A DNA stretch of 64,000 bases, taken from the NCBI GenBank assembly GCA_027491085.1, contig JAIXWW010000011.1, forward strand, positions 433,151-497,150, read 5' to 3'. The position numbers and the translations under genes are program-made. This document shows positions 11,102 through 20,194 of the stretch, one piece after another. Source of the stretch: Bacteroidota bacterium. GTDB lineage: Bacteria; Bacteroidota; Bacteroidia; UKL13-3. The notes under the pieces are model-generated. The model did no database searches and was not told the origin of the DNA. It saw only the letters and a program-made list of their open reading frames with translations. Position 1 is the stretch's first letter; each line of letters starts with the position of its first letter.

Positions 11102-11548
11102 TTATTTCTTTCTAAAAATCAATTTTTGATATACTGACTCCGCTTGACTAACTGCATCTTCTTTAAAATTTAATACAAAAGAAGTGTCGCATATTTCTTC
11201 TATACAGGTTTTACCATAATCATTTTTGCCAATAGTAATAAGGTATAATTTGTTATTGGAATTCTGAACACTGTATGTTCCTGTTAAAGGAACTGTATCC
11301 TTACCAATAGTTGAATAGGTTAGGTCTGGCTTTAACGTAATTACGATAGCGTCTTTTCCAATTTGTTCATAAACCAATTTGTTGTCTGAAACGTTTAAAT
11401 ATTGAGCTTTAGTTGTGCCCCAAGTACCATACAATGAAGCATAGTTAAAATTTGGGGTTGGAGTAGTTGTTGCCTCCTCTTTTTTACAAGAGAAGAAAAA
11501 AACACATAAAAGTGTGCTAATAATAATAAAACGGCTAGTTGTTTTCAT
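11102..11548 (-). CDS. hypothetical lipoprotein
   Basis: Signal peptide with lipobox-like FFSCKK. 148 aa. Confidence 0.45.
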   Translation of the reverse strand: MKTTSRFIIISTLLCVFFFSCKKEEATTTPTPNFNYASLYGTWGTTKAQYLNVSDNKLVYEQIGKDAIVITLKPDLTYSTIGKDTVPLTGTYSVQNSNNKLYLITIGKNDYGKTCIEEICDTSFVLNFKEDAVSQAESVYQKLIFRKK

Positions 11549-12140
11549 TTTTATTTATTTATTTAAACGAAAATACTTATCGGTTGATAATTATTTTGAC
11601 ATCAATTAAATAAATGAAATATAGTAATACATAATTATAATATAACTTCAGATTAACGAATTAACATTCCTAAAATTAGAAAAGAATTTAACCAGAAAGT
11701 TTGGATAAAAGGATAAACAAAATCAGAACCAATTAAATTATAATAATCCCCCAACAGCGATTATTTAGTTTAATAATAAAAGGAACACTTCAAAAAACAA
11801 AACAAAAAGCTTTTAAATGTTTCCTTAGTTACCAATTTTTTTAGGTGATAACAATCCGATTAGCAGTATTCTATATTAATTTGTTTCTAAATCACTGCAA
11901 GTTCTGCTTGCAACTTTCAGGTAATTAATCCAATAAGAGATTCAAACCTTGTAAATAATCCCTTTAAAAAAGTATATTGATTTTTAACTTTGATTCATTT
12001 GATATGAAGTTTAATAATGAATCTAAAGATTAAATCCTTAAATTCATTATTAACGAATCTTATTTATCCGATTATTTTGAAAGTTTCCATTCCTGAATGA
12101 AAACATAATTGAGTTTGCAAGTATGGATATATTTAAATCC

Positions 12141-13130
12141 TTACGAAAGTAATTTATTTTTAATAATAACTGCATCCTTACTAGAATCTAAAAACACCTC
12201 AATTGGTAGGTGATTTCCGTGAAAAAATATACTTACCAAATTACTATTTGTATTTATCTCTTTAATTTGTCGTTTTAAGTGGGTTGATGAAATTGCCTCT
12301 CCACTCCCATTTATTTGCCAAAAAATGATTTGATTTCCTCTCAAAATGAAAATCATTAATCCACTATTTCCGCCTATCTTTTCACTAATTTTTTGTCCAA
12401 TTTGGTTGAATACCCCATTTTCAAATTTTTTAATATCATAACTCCATTTTTGCATCATGCTATTTCTTTTAAAATTAAAAATAACAGTATCAGTATCAGA
12501 AATTCCTTCATTTTCCAACACCTCAATAGATTTATTGTAAATAGAATTTAAGAATTTATTATAAAATTTATCTTTATTCTCAGTTATAAATTCACTATAA
12601 TCAATATTACCAATTCTATTGGTGAAAATAAAGGGGTAAAACCTATGGGCTATTTCAAAAATCAATAATTTGTTATCTTTCAATAAAGCCTTATTTTCAA
12701 TTTCCTTCTCCAAAAAAGTTAAAAAATGAACAAATTTCCATTTTCCAACTCTTCTGTCTCCATTAGATAACAATAATTGGTATTCATCCCTTTTTTCAAA
12801 AATTCTATCACCAATAACTGATTGGCTTTTATTAGAATCATTTAAAGTTTCATAGGTGTAATTACAAATTGAACGAAAATCATTATGCATTACTTTACTT
12901 CTAATTTCTTCTATTAATTCCTCTGATATATATTCAATTTCTTCCTTACTAGCAATAAATTCGGCTACATTAGATGATTTGTTTTCTATCAATTTTGAAT
13001 ATTCGGAATAACAATTCCTATACCAAGTATCAAATTCCTTTATTTCATTTTCAAAGTTTTCTTCAATCAAAAATACGCTATCAAATCCTTTACTAATAAG
13101 GTCATAATGCTTTTCTTTTTGGTATTTCAT
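12141..13130 (-). CDS. hypothetical protein
   Basis: 329-aa ORF, no motif recognised. Confidence 0.4.
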   Translation of the reverse strand: MKYQKEKHYDLISKGFDSVFLIEENFENEIKEFDTWYRNCYSEYSKLIENKSSNVAEFIASKEEIEYISEELIEEIRSKVMHNDFRSICNYTYETLNDSNKSQSVIGDRIFEKRDEYQLLLSNGDRRVGKWKFVHFLTFLEKEIENKALLKDNKLLIFEIAHRFYPFIFTNRIGNIDYSEFITENKDKFYNKFLNSIYNKSIEVLENEGISDTDTVIFNFKRNSMMQKWSYDIKKFENGVFNQIGQKISEKIGGNSGLMIFILRGNQIIFWQINGSGEAISSTHLKRQIKEINTNSNLVSIFFHGNHLPIEVFLDSSKDAVIIKNKLLS

Positions 13131-13265
13131 TTAATGTATTATTTGTTTTTTCAGTTGGACAAAATATGTGCCAAAAAACTAAGTTAAAGCTAAAATACAT
13201 AAACTAAAAAACTTACAGATAAATAATTTTATCATTTAGATGAACACCAATTCACAAATAGAGAT

Positions 13266-13451
13266 TCAAGGTGTTTTCGGGTAATAATTTTGTCCTTGAT
13301 AATCAAGAATTGGATAATTAAATCCTAAGTTTAATAAATACCTAATGTTATCGTGATTACAGTTCAAACAATTACAATTCCAAACCATAAGGAATGAACC
13401 ACAATTAAGGCATTGATAGGTATAATTTAAGTAGTTTTCCATTTCCTTCAT
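13266..13451 (-). CDS. small Cys-rich (zinc-ribbon-like) hypothetical protein
   Basis: CLNCG...CNCLNCNH pattern. 61 aa. Could be spurious. Confidence 0.2.
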   Translation of the reverse strand: MKEMENYLNYTYQCLNCGSFLMVWNCNCLNCNHDNIRYLLNLGFNYPILDYQGQNYYPKTP

Positions 13452-13550
13452 TAGTGAAATATAATTAATTTATTTTTTGAATTACTGCCAAATATAGAAG
13501 GCTGTATTCTTAAAATAATATCAATATTTTAGCCAATTATTACATTTTTA

Positions 13551-14000
13551 ATGGAGTTAATTTTTAAAGTTGCAGAGATACAAGTAAAATATAAACCTAG
13601 AAAAAAGTTAGGACCCAAAATAGACGACTCAAACGAAGCCGCCACTATCCTGAGAACACACTATAACCAAGATACCATTCACCTTCAGGAAGAATTCATT
13701 GTTTTATATTTAAACAATGCTTCAAATGTTATAGGAGTTTATAAATCATCCGTAGGAGGAATAAGTTCAACCATAGTTGATATTAGAATCATTTTAGCCG
13801 TAGGGTTGAAACTAGCTTGCTCTTCTATTATTCTATCCCATAATCATCCTTCAGGAAATATGAAGCCTTCAAATGATGATATTAGACTTACCAAAAAAAT
13901 ATACGAAGCAGGAAAAATCCTTGATATCATTATCATAGACCATATCATCATATGCTCCAATTCAAAATATTATAGCCTTGCAGAAAATAATGATTTCTAA
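13551..14000 (+). CDS. RadC-like JAB/MPN domain protein
   Basis: JAMM-type motif ILSHNHPSGNMKPSNDD...DHIII in a 149-aa protein. Family is common on integrative elements. Confidence 0.8.
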   Translation: MELIFKVAEIQVKYKPRKKLGPKIDDSNEAATILRTHYNQDTIHLQEEFIVLYLNNASNVIGVYKSSVGGISSTIVDIRIILAVGLKLACSSIILSHNHPSGNMKPSNDDIRLTKKIYEAGKILDIIIIDHIIICSNSKYYSLAENNDF

Positions 14001-14445
14001 AGTTTATTATCATATACAATAAATCTATTTAAGACTATTTTTCTTTGACCAGAACAATCCATTTTACAATTTAGAGTAGTTATTCAACTTTTAAAAAACA
14101 ACTCACCAGAATAAAGAAAATTGGTTGAAGGTACTTATAGTCTTGAGATAATATGTTAAAATATTTTTACATATAAATCTTTACTTTTTATTCCTAATCC
14201 TTATATTACAGCATACCTAGATATATTTGGTCTAAGGTATTGCTCCTTTTAGCTTATTTAACATACTTAACTAATATATAAATAGCTTAACTAGAACATT
14301 ACCACTAGAACCTTAAAGCTCTTTACTAGCTTGCTTCTAGGTATATTAATATAGGTCTTTAAATAAATATAATCTAGTATTATTCTAGTGTGTCTAGACC
14401 ATTTAATGTAAAGATGCTTTATTTATAAATTAACTATTTATTGGT

Positions 14446-14751
14446 ATGAGAAGTTTAAAACTAGTTGGTAATTCAATCTTTAACAAGATGATTGAAAATA
14501 ATTATTACCTGATAAATAATCACCTTCTATTCAAGTATTCTGGTGTTGAAATAGACCCAAACAATCGTAAAATAGTTATGGGTGAAGGTAAGTTCGTAAA
14601 TACATTAAATGGTAATTTAACAATGCTAGAAGACCCTTTAGAAAAAATTGAAATTATACCATTCAATCAGGTAAATACAATTCAATACATATCTTCAATT
14701 GATTTTGATGAACTATTAAATGATTCATACTATAACTACAATCAAATATGA
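14446..14751 (+). CDS. hypothetical protein
   Basis: ORF whose stop overlaps the start of the next ORF (ATGA), operon-like. Confidence 0.3.
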   Translation: MRSLKLVGNSIFNKMIENNYYLINNHLLFKYSGVEIDPNNRKIVMGEGKFVNTLNGNLTMLEDPLEKIEIIPFNQVNTIQYISSIDFDELLNDSYYNYNQI

Positions 14752-14963
14752 CATTTAATGAACTAAAATCACAAATAGACCAACTTGACCAAAAACAACT
14801 TAATCAAGAGGTTTATATCCGTTTTATTGATAACAAATTAAACTTTCAATTCATTCAACTTATATCCATTAAACATAGTGGCATAGAAAAAGATGGTATT
14901 AATTGGGCTTGGATGTTTGCTGAAAAACTTCCTACCAAACAAAAATATCAATTCAACAACTAA
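14748..14963 (+). CDS. hypothetical protein
   Basis: 71-aa ORF translationally coupled to the upstream ORF. Confidence 0.3.
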   Translation: MTFNELKSQIDQLDQKQLNQEVYIRFIDNKLNFQFIQLISIKHSGIEKDGINWAWMFAEKLPTKQKYQFNN

Positions 14964-15067
14964 TAAGAGTTTATTGTTAAATCAATAAGTTATTAATACC
15001 CCTATAAACAAAAAATGGTGTCATTTATAAGTGACACCAATTCATTGATAAAACAATCTATAAAGGA

Positions 15068-15676
15068 TTACAATACCCCCCAATCAACCACTATTTGTGT
15101 GGTATCATTATGCTTTCCCCTTTTTAACATATAATCAAAACAATCTTTTTTCTTTTCCCTATCAAACTTCTTAAACAAGTCATCTATATTTCCCCTTATT
15201 TGTTTTTTATAATCAGTCATCTTTATTGATTTATCCTTCTTCATAATCACAAAATGTATATGGTTAGGTCTATCAAATAATGTCTCATTCTCATACTTTA
15301 ACATCCTATGAACTGAATAAAATATCGTAAATCCTGAATTTGATATAAAATCCTTTAATCGCTCAGGAGACCATTCAGTTACAGGACTTACACAACAAAA
15401 ATAATCCCATTCAATTGAACGAAACCATTCCCAATAACTTTCATATTTTACATTATTTAATAAATTAACATAGCCCTGTTCTTGTGGTTTATAAGTTCTC
15501 TCTATTACTTTATCCAATAACCTTATATCAACTCTATACCTATTGTTTGCTCCGGGCTTCCCTCCTCCTTTAATATACTGAGGATATTTGGGTTTTAATT
15601 TTCTTACCTTTTCTTTTAACCACCTAGTTTTTAAAGTGGTATATTTTGATAATTCTGTGATTGTAAATGTTTTCAT
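15068..15676 (-). CDS. hypothetical protein with HUH-like motif (possible Rep/relaxase-like)
   Basis: HIHFVI (His-hydrophobic-His-hydrophobic x3) followed by DYKKQ Tyr/Lys. N-terminal basic HTH-like segment. 202 aa. Confidence 0.35.
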   Translation of the reverse strand: MKTFTITELSKYTTLKTRWLKEKVRKLKPKYPQYIKGGGKPGANNRYRVDIRLLDKVIERTYKPQEQGYVNLLNNVKYESYWEWFRSIEWDYFCCVSPVTEWSPERLKDFISNSGFTIFYSVHRMLKYENETLFDRPNHIHFVIMKKDKSIKMTDYKKQIRGNIDDLFKKFDREKKKDCFDYMLKRGKHNDTTQIVVDWGVL

Positions 15677-16065
15677 CTATTAAGGTTTTTGTGCTATAAG
15701 ACCAACTATATTTTATATGAAGTTAATTGTCTTTATTATTAGAAGACTAGAATAAGCATAGGTGGTCTTATTAGCACTTGAAAAATTTAATTTTTACTTA
15801 TTCCTATTGTATAAATAGGCAGTAATTCAGAAATTGTAAAGTAATCTCAATAAATAAAAATGCCTAAACTATTCTAGCCATTAATTCAAGGAAATTATTA
15901 AGGTAGGTTACTCATGAGTAAATTGAATTAGGGAGCCCCCCATAAGATAGGATACCCCCCTCTCCCCCTATTGATTGTTTGTTAATATGAGATTATGTTT
16001 AAAATTATTTTAACTGTATGGGTTCATATTTAGGTAGATTTTATATTACTTAACTATTTATCAAT

Positions 16066-16623
16066 ATGAATGCTTTTGAGTTTATCATCAACTATAAAAA
16101 ACTATTATCTATGATTGAGCAAGTGGCTCAACCTCAATTCCTGAAATACACATATAAATTAAGGAAGGAAAAACCTTGGTCTTTAATCAAATCTAATACT
16201 ACTTTCAACTCTGAATTAGAAGCTTTGGGGTTTGTATTTTCAAACGTCTTAAATTTGTTTTATGAGGATTTGAAAAACCTTGATTTTGACGATGATGAAT
16301 TTCTATTGTATGCTGATGATTGGTTTATGCAAGCAATGAACCTTGAATTTGGAAAGTCAAAAAATACCTTAAAGGATAACCCTTTAGTTTGGATAACTGA
16401 TTTATCTAGGGACACAAAAAGAAAGGAATTCAACTTTAAAATTGAAGTGTTTTATGATAAAAAAACTAAATCAGTTAAAAAACTAATGGTATCAGGGTTT
16501 AATAAGAAAACCAAAAAGCTTATAGGGTATTCAACTGCAATATTTTTAGGTGAGAATATTGATGATTTAATAAAAGAAATCAATGATATGGCTATTCTTA
16601 TTTTTAAAGAATATAAACCTTAA
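16066..16623 (+). CDS. hypothetical protein
   Basis: 185-aa ORF, no motif recognised. Confidence 0.35.
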   Translation: MNAFEFIINYKKLLSMIEQVAQPQFLKYTYKLRKEKPWSLIKSNTTFNSELEALGFVFSNVLNLFYEDLKNLDFDDDEFLLYADDWFMQAMNLEFGKSKNTLKDNPLVWITDLSRDTKRKEFNFKIEVFYDKKTKSVKKLMVSGFNKKTKKLIGYSTAIFLGENIDDLIKEINDMAILIFKEYKP

Positions 16624-17306
16624 ATCAATCGTTTAACTATTCCTGGACTAAACTCACAACCATTTCTTGTTTTATAACCATTCTCGTTGAGTAGTCTTGA
16701 TATTTGAGAATAATGAACATAACCATTCTTCATCTTAAAATGTTCAATAAATGTTTTAGCCATTTTCCAATTTGGATTTTCTTCTCTATTTCTTTTAACA
16801 GCAACTCTTCCCTTTGCTTTGGCTTCTTCAGTTAAGTTTTGAGGGGACCCAAGTTTTCGTGTTTTCTTTAATTCCTGTAAAGCACTTTTGGTTCTTTGTG
16901 AGATGAGTTCTCTTTCATATTGTGCCATAGTTCCAAAAATACCTAGCGTTAGTGTATTGAGTTCTGGAAGAGCCAAACAATGAAGTTTAACTCCTCTTCT
17001 ATGAATAGCGAATAAAAACTCTACTTCCCTACTTAATCTATCCAATTTTGTAAATAACAAAACATACCCATTCTTTTCGCATAAGTTAAGGGCTTTATCC
17101 AAACCAGGTCTTTGATTGTTCTTTCCGCTCTCTTGTTCTAAAATAGTATTTACCAACGAACCATTATTCCTTGATATAAAATCTAAAATCTGTGTTTGTT
17201 GTTCTTCTAATCCAAGATTTTGTTTTCCTGTGCTCGTTCTAACATAAGCTATATATTTTTCCATTTTCTGATCCTTTTTGCTAATGTAAGGATCCTTTTT
17301 GAACAA
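16620..17306 (-). CDS. serine recombinase (resolvase/invertase family)
   Basis: N-terminal catalytic domain YVRTSTGKQ (catalytic Ser) and LDRLSRE motif, C-terminal HTH. Likely true start is MEKYIAYV at ~17264. Confidence 0.85.
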   Translation of the reverse strand: MFKKDPYISKKDQKMEKYIAYVRTSTGKQNLGLEEQQTQILDFISRNNGSLVNTILEQESGKNNQRPGLDKALNLCEKNGYVLLFTKLDRLSREVEFLFAIHRRGVKLHCLALPELNTLTLGIFGTMAQYERELISQRTKSALQELKKTRKLGSPQNLTEEAKAKGRVAVKRNREENPNWKMAKTFIEHFKMKNGYVHYSQISRLLNENGYKTRNGCEFSPGIVKRLI

Positions 17307-17384
17307 TCTCTAAATGAGGATTTAAAAGTTGCTAAATATTCTGATTTTGCTCAATACATAAGGCAGTTTGAAAAGTTTTGGACA

Positions 17385-17415
17385 TAAAAAAAAGCAAGGA
17401 TTACTTGCTTTTTTT
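17385..17415. terminator. bidirectional hairpin terminator
   Basis: aaaaaaaagcaaggattacttgcttttttt: stem gcaag/cttgc with A-run and T-run on either side. Confidence 0.5.
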
Positions 17416-17422
17416 ACTTAGT

Positions 17423-17983
17423 TTATTTTGGAGATATTTTTCCTTCGTCATTAAAATACAAATCTTTTTTATTTTGCTTCTCTCTCATACGTTCCCTAAA
17501 ACCAACTGGCATTTTTAGAAACTCTGTTTCAAAAATAGAATCTCTTCCTTCTTCTAAGTCATTTAAAAATAAAGCCATTGGAAACTTTTTAAGAATACCT
17601 TTCTGAATTGCTTCAAGTGCTTTTTGTTCAATTATTTTGTTATCAATCCCTGCCTTAAAATCTTCAGTAGTTGCAACATAAACCATAATTTGATTTTTTT
17701 TTCCTTTATATGGAAAGGAAGATATTGCCCTAAAATATGGCTTGGGCTTTATTCCGTTTTTATCTTTTCTAGGTTCGGGATTTACTATTGAAATATTAAT
17801 TTTAGGTTCTAAATATGCCATCCACATTTCATAATTAGATTTTAAATATTCTAACTGAAGTGTTAATTTTTTAATATTTTCTTCCCTATCACTTATTTTT
17901 CGTTTATAGTAACTCATTAGCCCTGATTTTTTCTTAGATACAGGTGTCATTATAGTTTCATCCTTTAACTTATTTTTTTCCAT
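17423..17983 (-). CDS. hypothetical protein
   Basis: 186-aa ORF, charged and coiled-coil-like. Confidence 0.4.
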   Translation of the reverse strand: MEKNKLKDETIMTPVSKKKSGLMSYYKRKISDREENIKKLTLQLEYLKSNYEMWMAYLEPKINISIVNPEPRKDKNGIKPKPYFRAISSFPYKGKKNQIMVYVATTEDFKAGIDNKIIEQKALEAIQKGILKKFPMALFLNDLEEGRDSIFETEFLKMPVGFRERMREKQNKKDLYFNDEGKISPK

Positions 17984-18003
17984 ATTTTATACTTAAAAAT
18001 CAT

Positions 18004-18160
18004 ACATACGCAAATATATGATTATTTTATATATGTCAAAATGGAGGTAACAATAATTTAACAAATGTCCTTTAAGTCAGTGTTTAATGAATTTTATTAA
18101 TCATCAAAAATATTTCAAAATAAAAAAACATACATAAATATAAATTTTATTTGCGTATGT
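18004..18160. promoter_or_regulatory. 13-bp inverted repeat pair (plus a direct near-copy at 18128) upstream of the ParB-MTase gene
   Basis: acatacgcaaata at 18004-18016 and its reverse complement tatttgcgtatgt at 18148-18160. A third near-copy acatacataaata sits at 18128-18140. Confidence 0.5.
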
Positions 18161-18203
18161 TTATTATGTATTGTACTTTTGAAAACTCAAATTAGAAATA
18201 TTT

Positions 18204-19838
18204 ATGGCAAAAAAAGTAAAATCAGTAAGCATTTCGGATGCTGAATCCAAAAAAGAAAGTGGATTATCGGTTGAAGTCACCAATGAACTTATTATCTCTA
18301 GAGAAGAGGTTAATCCAAACAACAATTTATGCAGTCCCTGTAATTATGAAGGTATTAAACGAATTGAACTTGACAGAGAAATTAAATGGGTAAAAACAAC
18401 AGACTTAAAACCATCATCCCATCACATTGAGATTTATTCCGAAGAGAAGATTTTAGACGATGCTCTTATAAACTCAATAAAAAATAAAGGGATAATTACA
18501 CCTTTATTAATTACTTCTAACCATATTATTATTTCTGGAGTTAGGAGATTTAAAGTAGCACTATTGTTAAATATGGAGGTTGTTCCTGTAATTTACAATA
18601 CCAATGATGAATTAAATGTTGCTGATGTTGTATCCAGTAATATTAGTCGCATAAAAAAATATTCGGTTTTATATAAAGAGTACAAAGTATTAAAAAAAGC
18701 ATACGGCATTAGCCAAGGAACTAGAACAGATTTGGTTCATAAGGGAAAAAAATCTCAGGAAAAAATAAACACTATTTTAGGTGTTTCAAGAGCTACCATT
18801 GCACGACTTTGTAAAATAGAAAGATTAGCCTCTCAATTATTTAATTCAGATACGGAAAAGCTAAATGAAATTTGGTCGCAAGTAGATAATCCCAAAAAAG
18901 GAATAATGGCTGTTTTAAGGTATCTTACCAACATAAAACACGAAAGAAACAATTCAAATGGTGAAGTTGAAAATCTATTTGGAAATGGATATACCATTTA
19001 CAATTCATCATCAGCACTAATGAATGAATTGGATTCTAATACAGTTGATTTACATATTACAAGCCCTCCATATTGGGGCGGAATACGAAATTATAACCTA
19101 GGCGAAAATGAATTAGGTTGGGAAAGTAATGTTGATGATTTTGTAAAAAATCTTGTTGAACATTTTGAAGCTACTAGAAGGGTTTTAAAACCAACAGGTA
19201 GCTTGGTCGTAAATTTAGGTGATAGCGTTGATAAATCAAAAAATCATAATGCTCTAGCTCCATTCAGATTTGCTTTAAAAATGGTAGAAAAAGGTTGGCA
19301 TTTAGCAGGCACTTATATTTGGATGAAGCCAAGATTTACACCTTCAACACCTAAAAACAAACCAATTTCAACTTTTGAAATAATATTTCACTTTGGAAAA
19401 AAACCTCAATATGAATTTTATAAAGATTGGATGTCAAATCCTTCAGATCCAATCTATAATCCGCTGATATTTGGAAAACCAAATAAACCAAAATATTTAA
19501 AAGATATCTTTGATTTACGTGAAATAAATGAAGGGGGAATAATTAAATGGAACAGTTCAAATACAACCGAAATTAATAAGAAATGTAAAGAAAGAGGAAT
19601 AGAACAAAACCACAATGCAACTTTCCCTTTAATGATACCCTCTATTTTTATTAATCTAACTACAAAACCCGGTGATTTAGTTATTGATGGGTTTAATGGA
19701 ACTGCAAGCACAGGAGCTGCTTGTCAAGTATTAGGAAGAAACTACGTGGGATTTGAATTGAATAAGAATTACATATCAGTTTCCAAAGTTAGACTTGAAA
19801 GCATTGAAGAAGAATTAAACAATAAAATGGCAGCTTAA
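18204..19838 (+). CDS. ParB-like nuclease domain fused to DNA methyltransferase (N4-C/N6-A, beta-class-like)
   Basis: N-terminal ParB/Srx motif ISGVRRFKVA. Methyltransferase catalytic motif SPPY (HITSPPYWGG). AdoMet motif VIDGFNGTASTGAA. 544 aa. Confidence 0.85.
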   Translation: MAKKVKSVSISDAESKKESGLSVEVTNELIISREEVNPNNNLCSPCNYEGIKRIELDREIKWVKTTDLKPSSHHIEIYSEEKILDDALINSIKNKGIITPLLITSNHIIISGVRRFKVALLLNMEVVPVIYNTNDELNVADVVSSNISRIKKYSVLYKEYKVLKKAYGISQGTRTDLVHKGKKSQEKINTILGVSRATIARLCKIERLASQLFNSDTEKLNEIWSQVDNPKKGIMAVLRYLTNIKHERNNSNGEVENLFGNGYTIYNSSSALMNELDSNTVDLHITSPPYWGGIRNYNLGENELGWESNVDDFVKNLVEHFEATRRVLKPTGSLVVNLGDSVDKSKNHNALAPFRFALKMVEKGWHLAGTYIWMKPRFTPSTPKNKPISTFEIIFHFGKKPQYEFYKDWMSNPSDPIYNPLIFGKPNKPKYLKDIFDLREINEGGIIKWNSSNTTEINKKCKERGIEQNHNATFPLMIPSIFINLTTKPGDLVIDGFNGTASTGAACQVLGRNYVGFELNKNYISVSKVRLESIEEELNNKMAA

Positions 19839-19899
19839 ATCAATTAAGATAGCCCTGAAATATGGGCTATCATTTAACATTTTAGAACCCCAAAATAGG

Positions 19900-20148
19900 A
19901 TGAAAATAGAATGGATTGAGATATCAAAAATTAAACTTTCTGATAAAAAAATGATATGTACCAATGATTTAGTATTAATGGATAATTCTATCCCCCAAAC
20001 CAAACTGTTAGTTGATGAAAACTATAACTTATTGGATAACTACAATGAATACTTAGGCTATTTAAAAAATAAAAATAAAACGGTTCCAGTAATCATATCA
20101 TCGGTAATGGATAACTTTTATATTAACGAATACTTACAAGCTGCATAG
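19900..20148 (+). CDS. hypothetical small protein
   Basis: 82-aa ORF between the MTase and the integrase. Confidence 0.25.
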   Translation: MKIEWIEISKIKLSDKKMICTNDLVLMDNSIPQTKLLVDENYNLLDNYNEYLGYLKNKNKTVPVIISSVMDNFYINEYLQAA

Positions 20149-20194
20149 ATATTTAAGCATTGAATAAATTAAAAATATAGAGGATATTAGCAAT

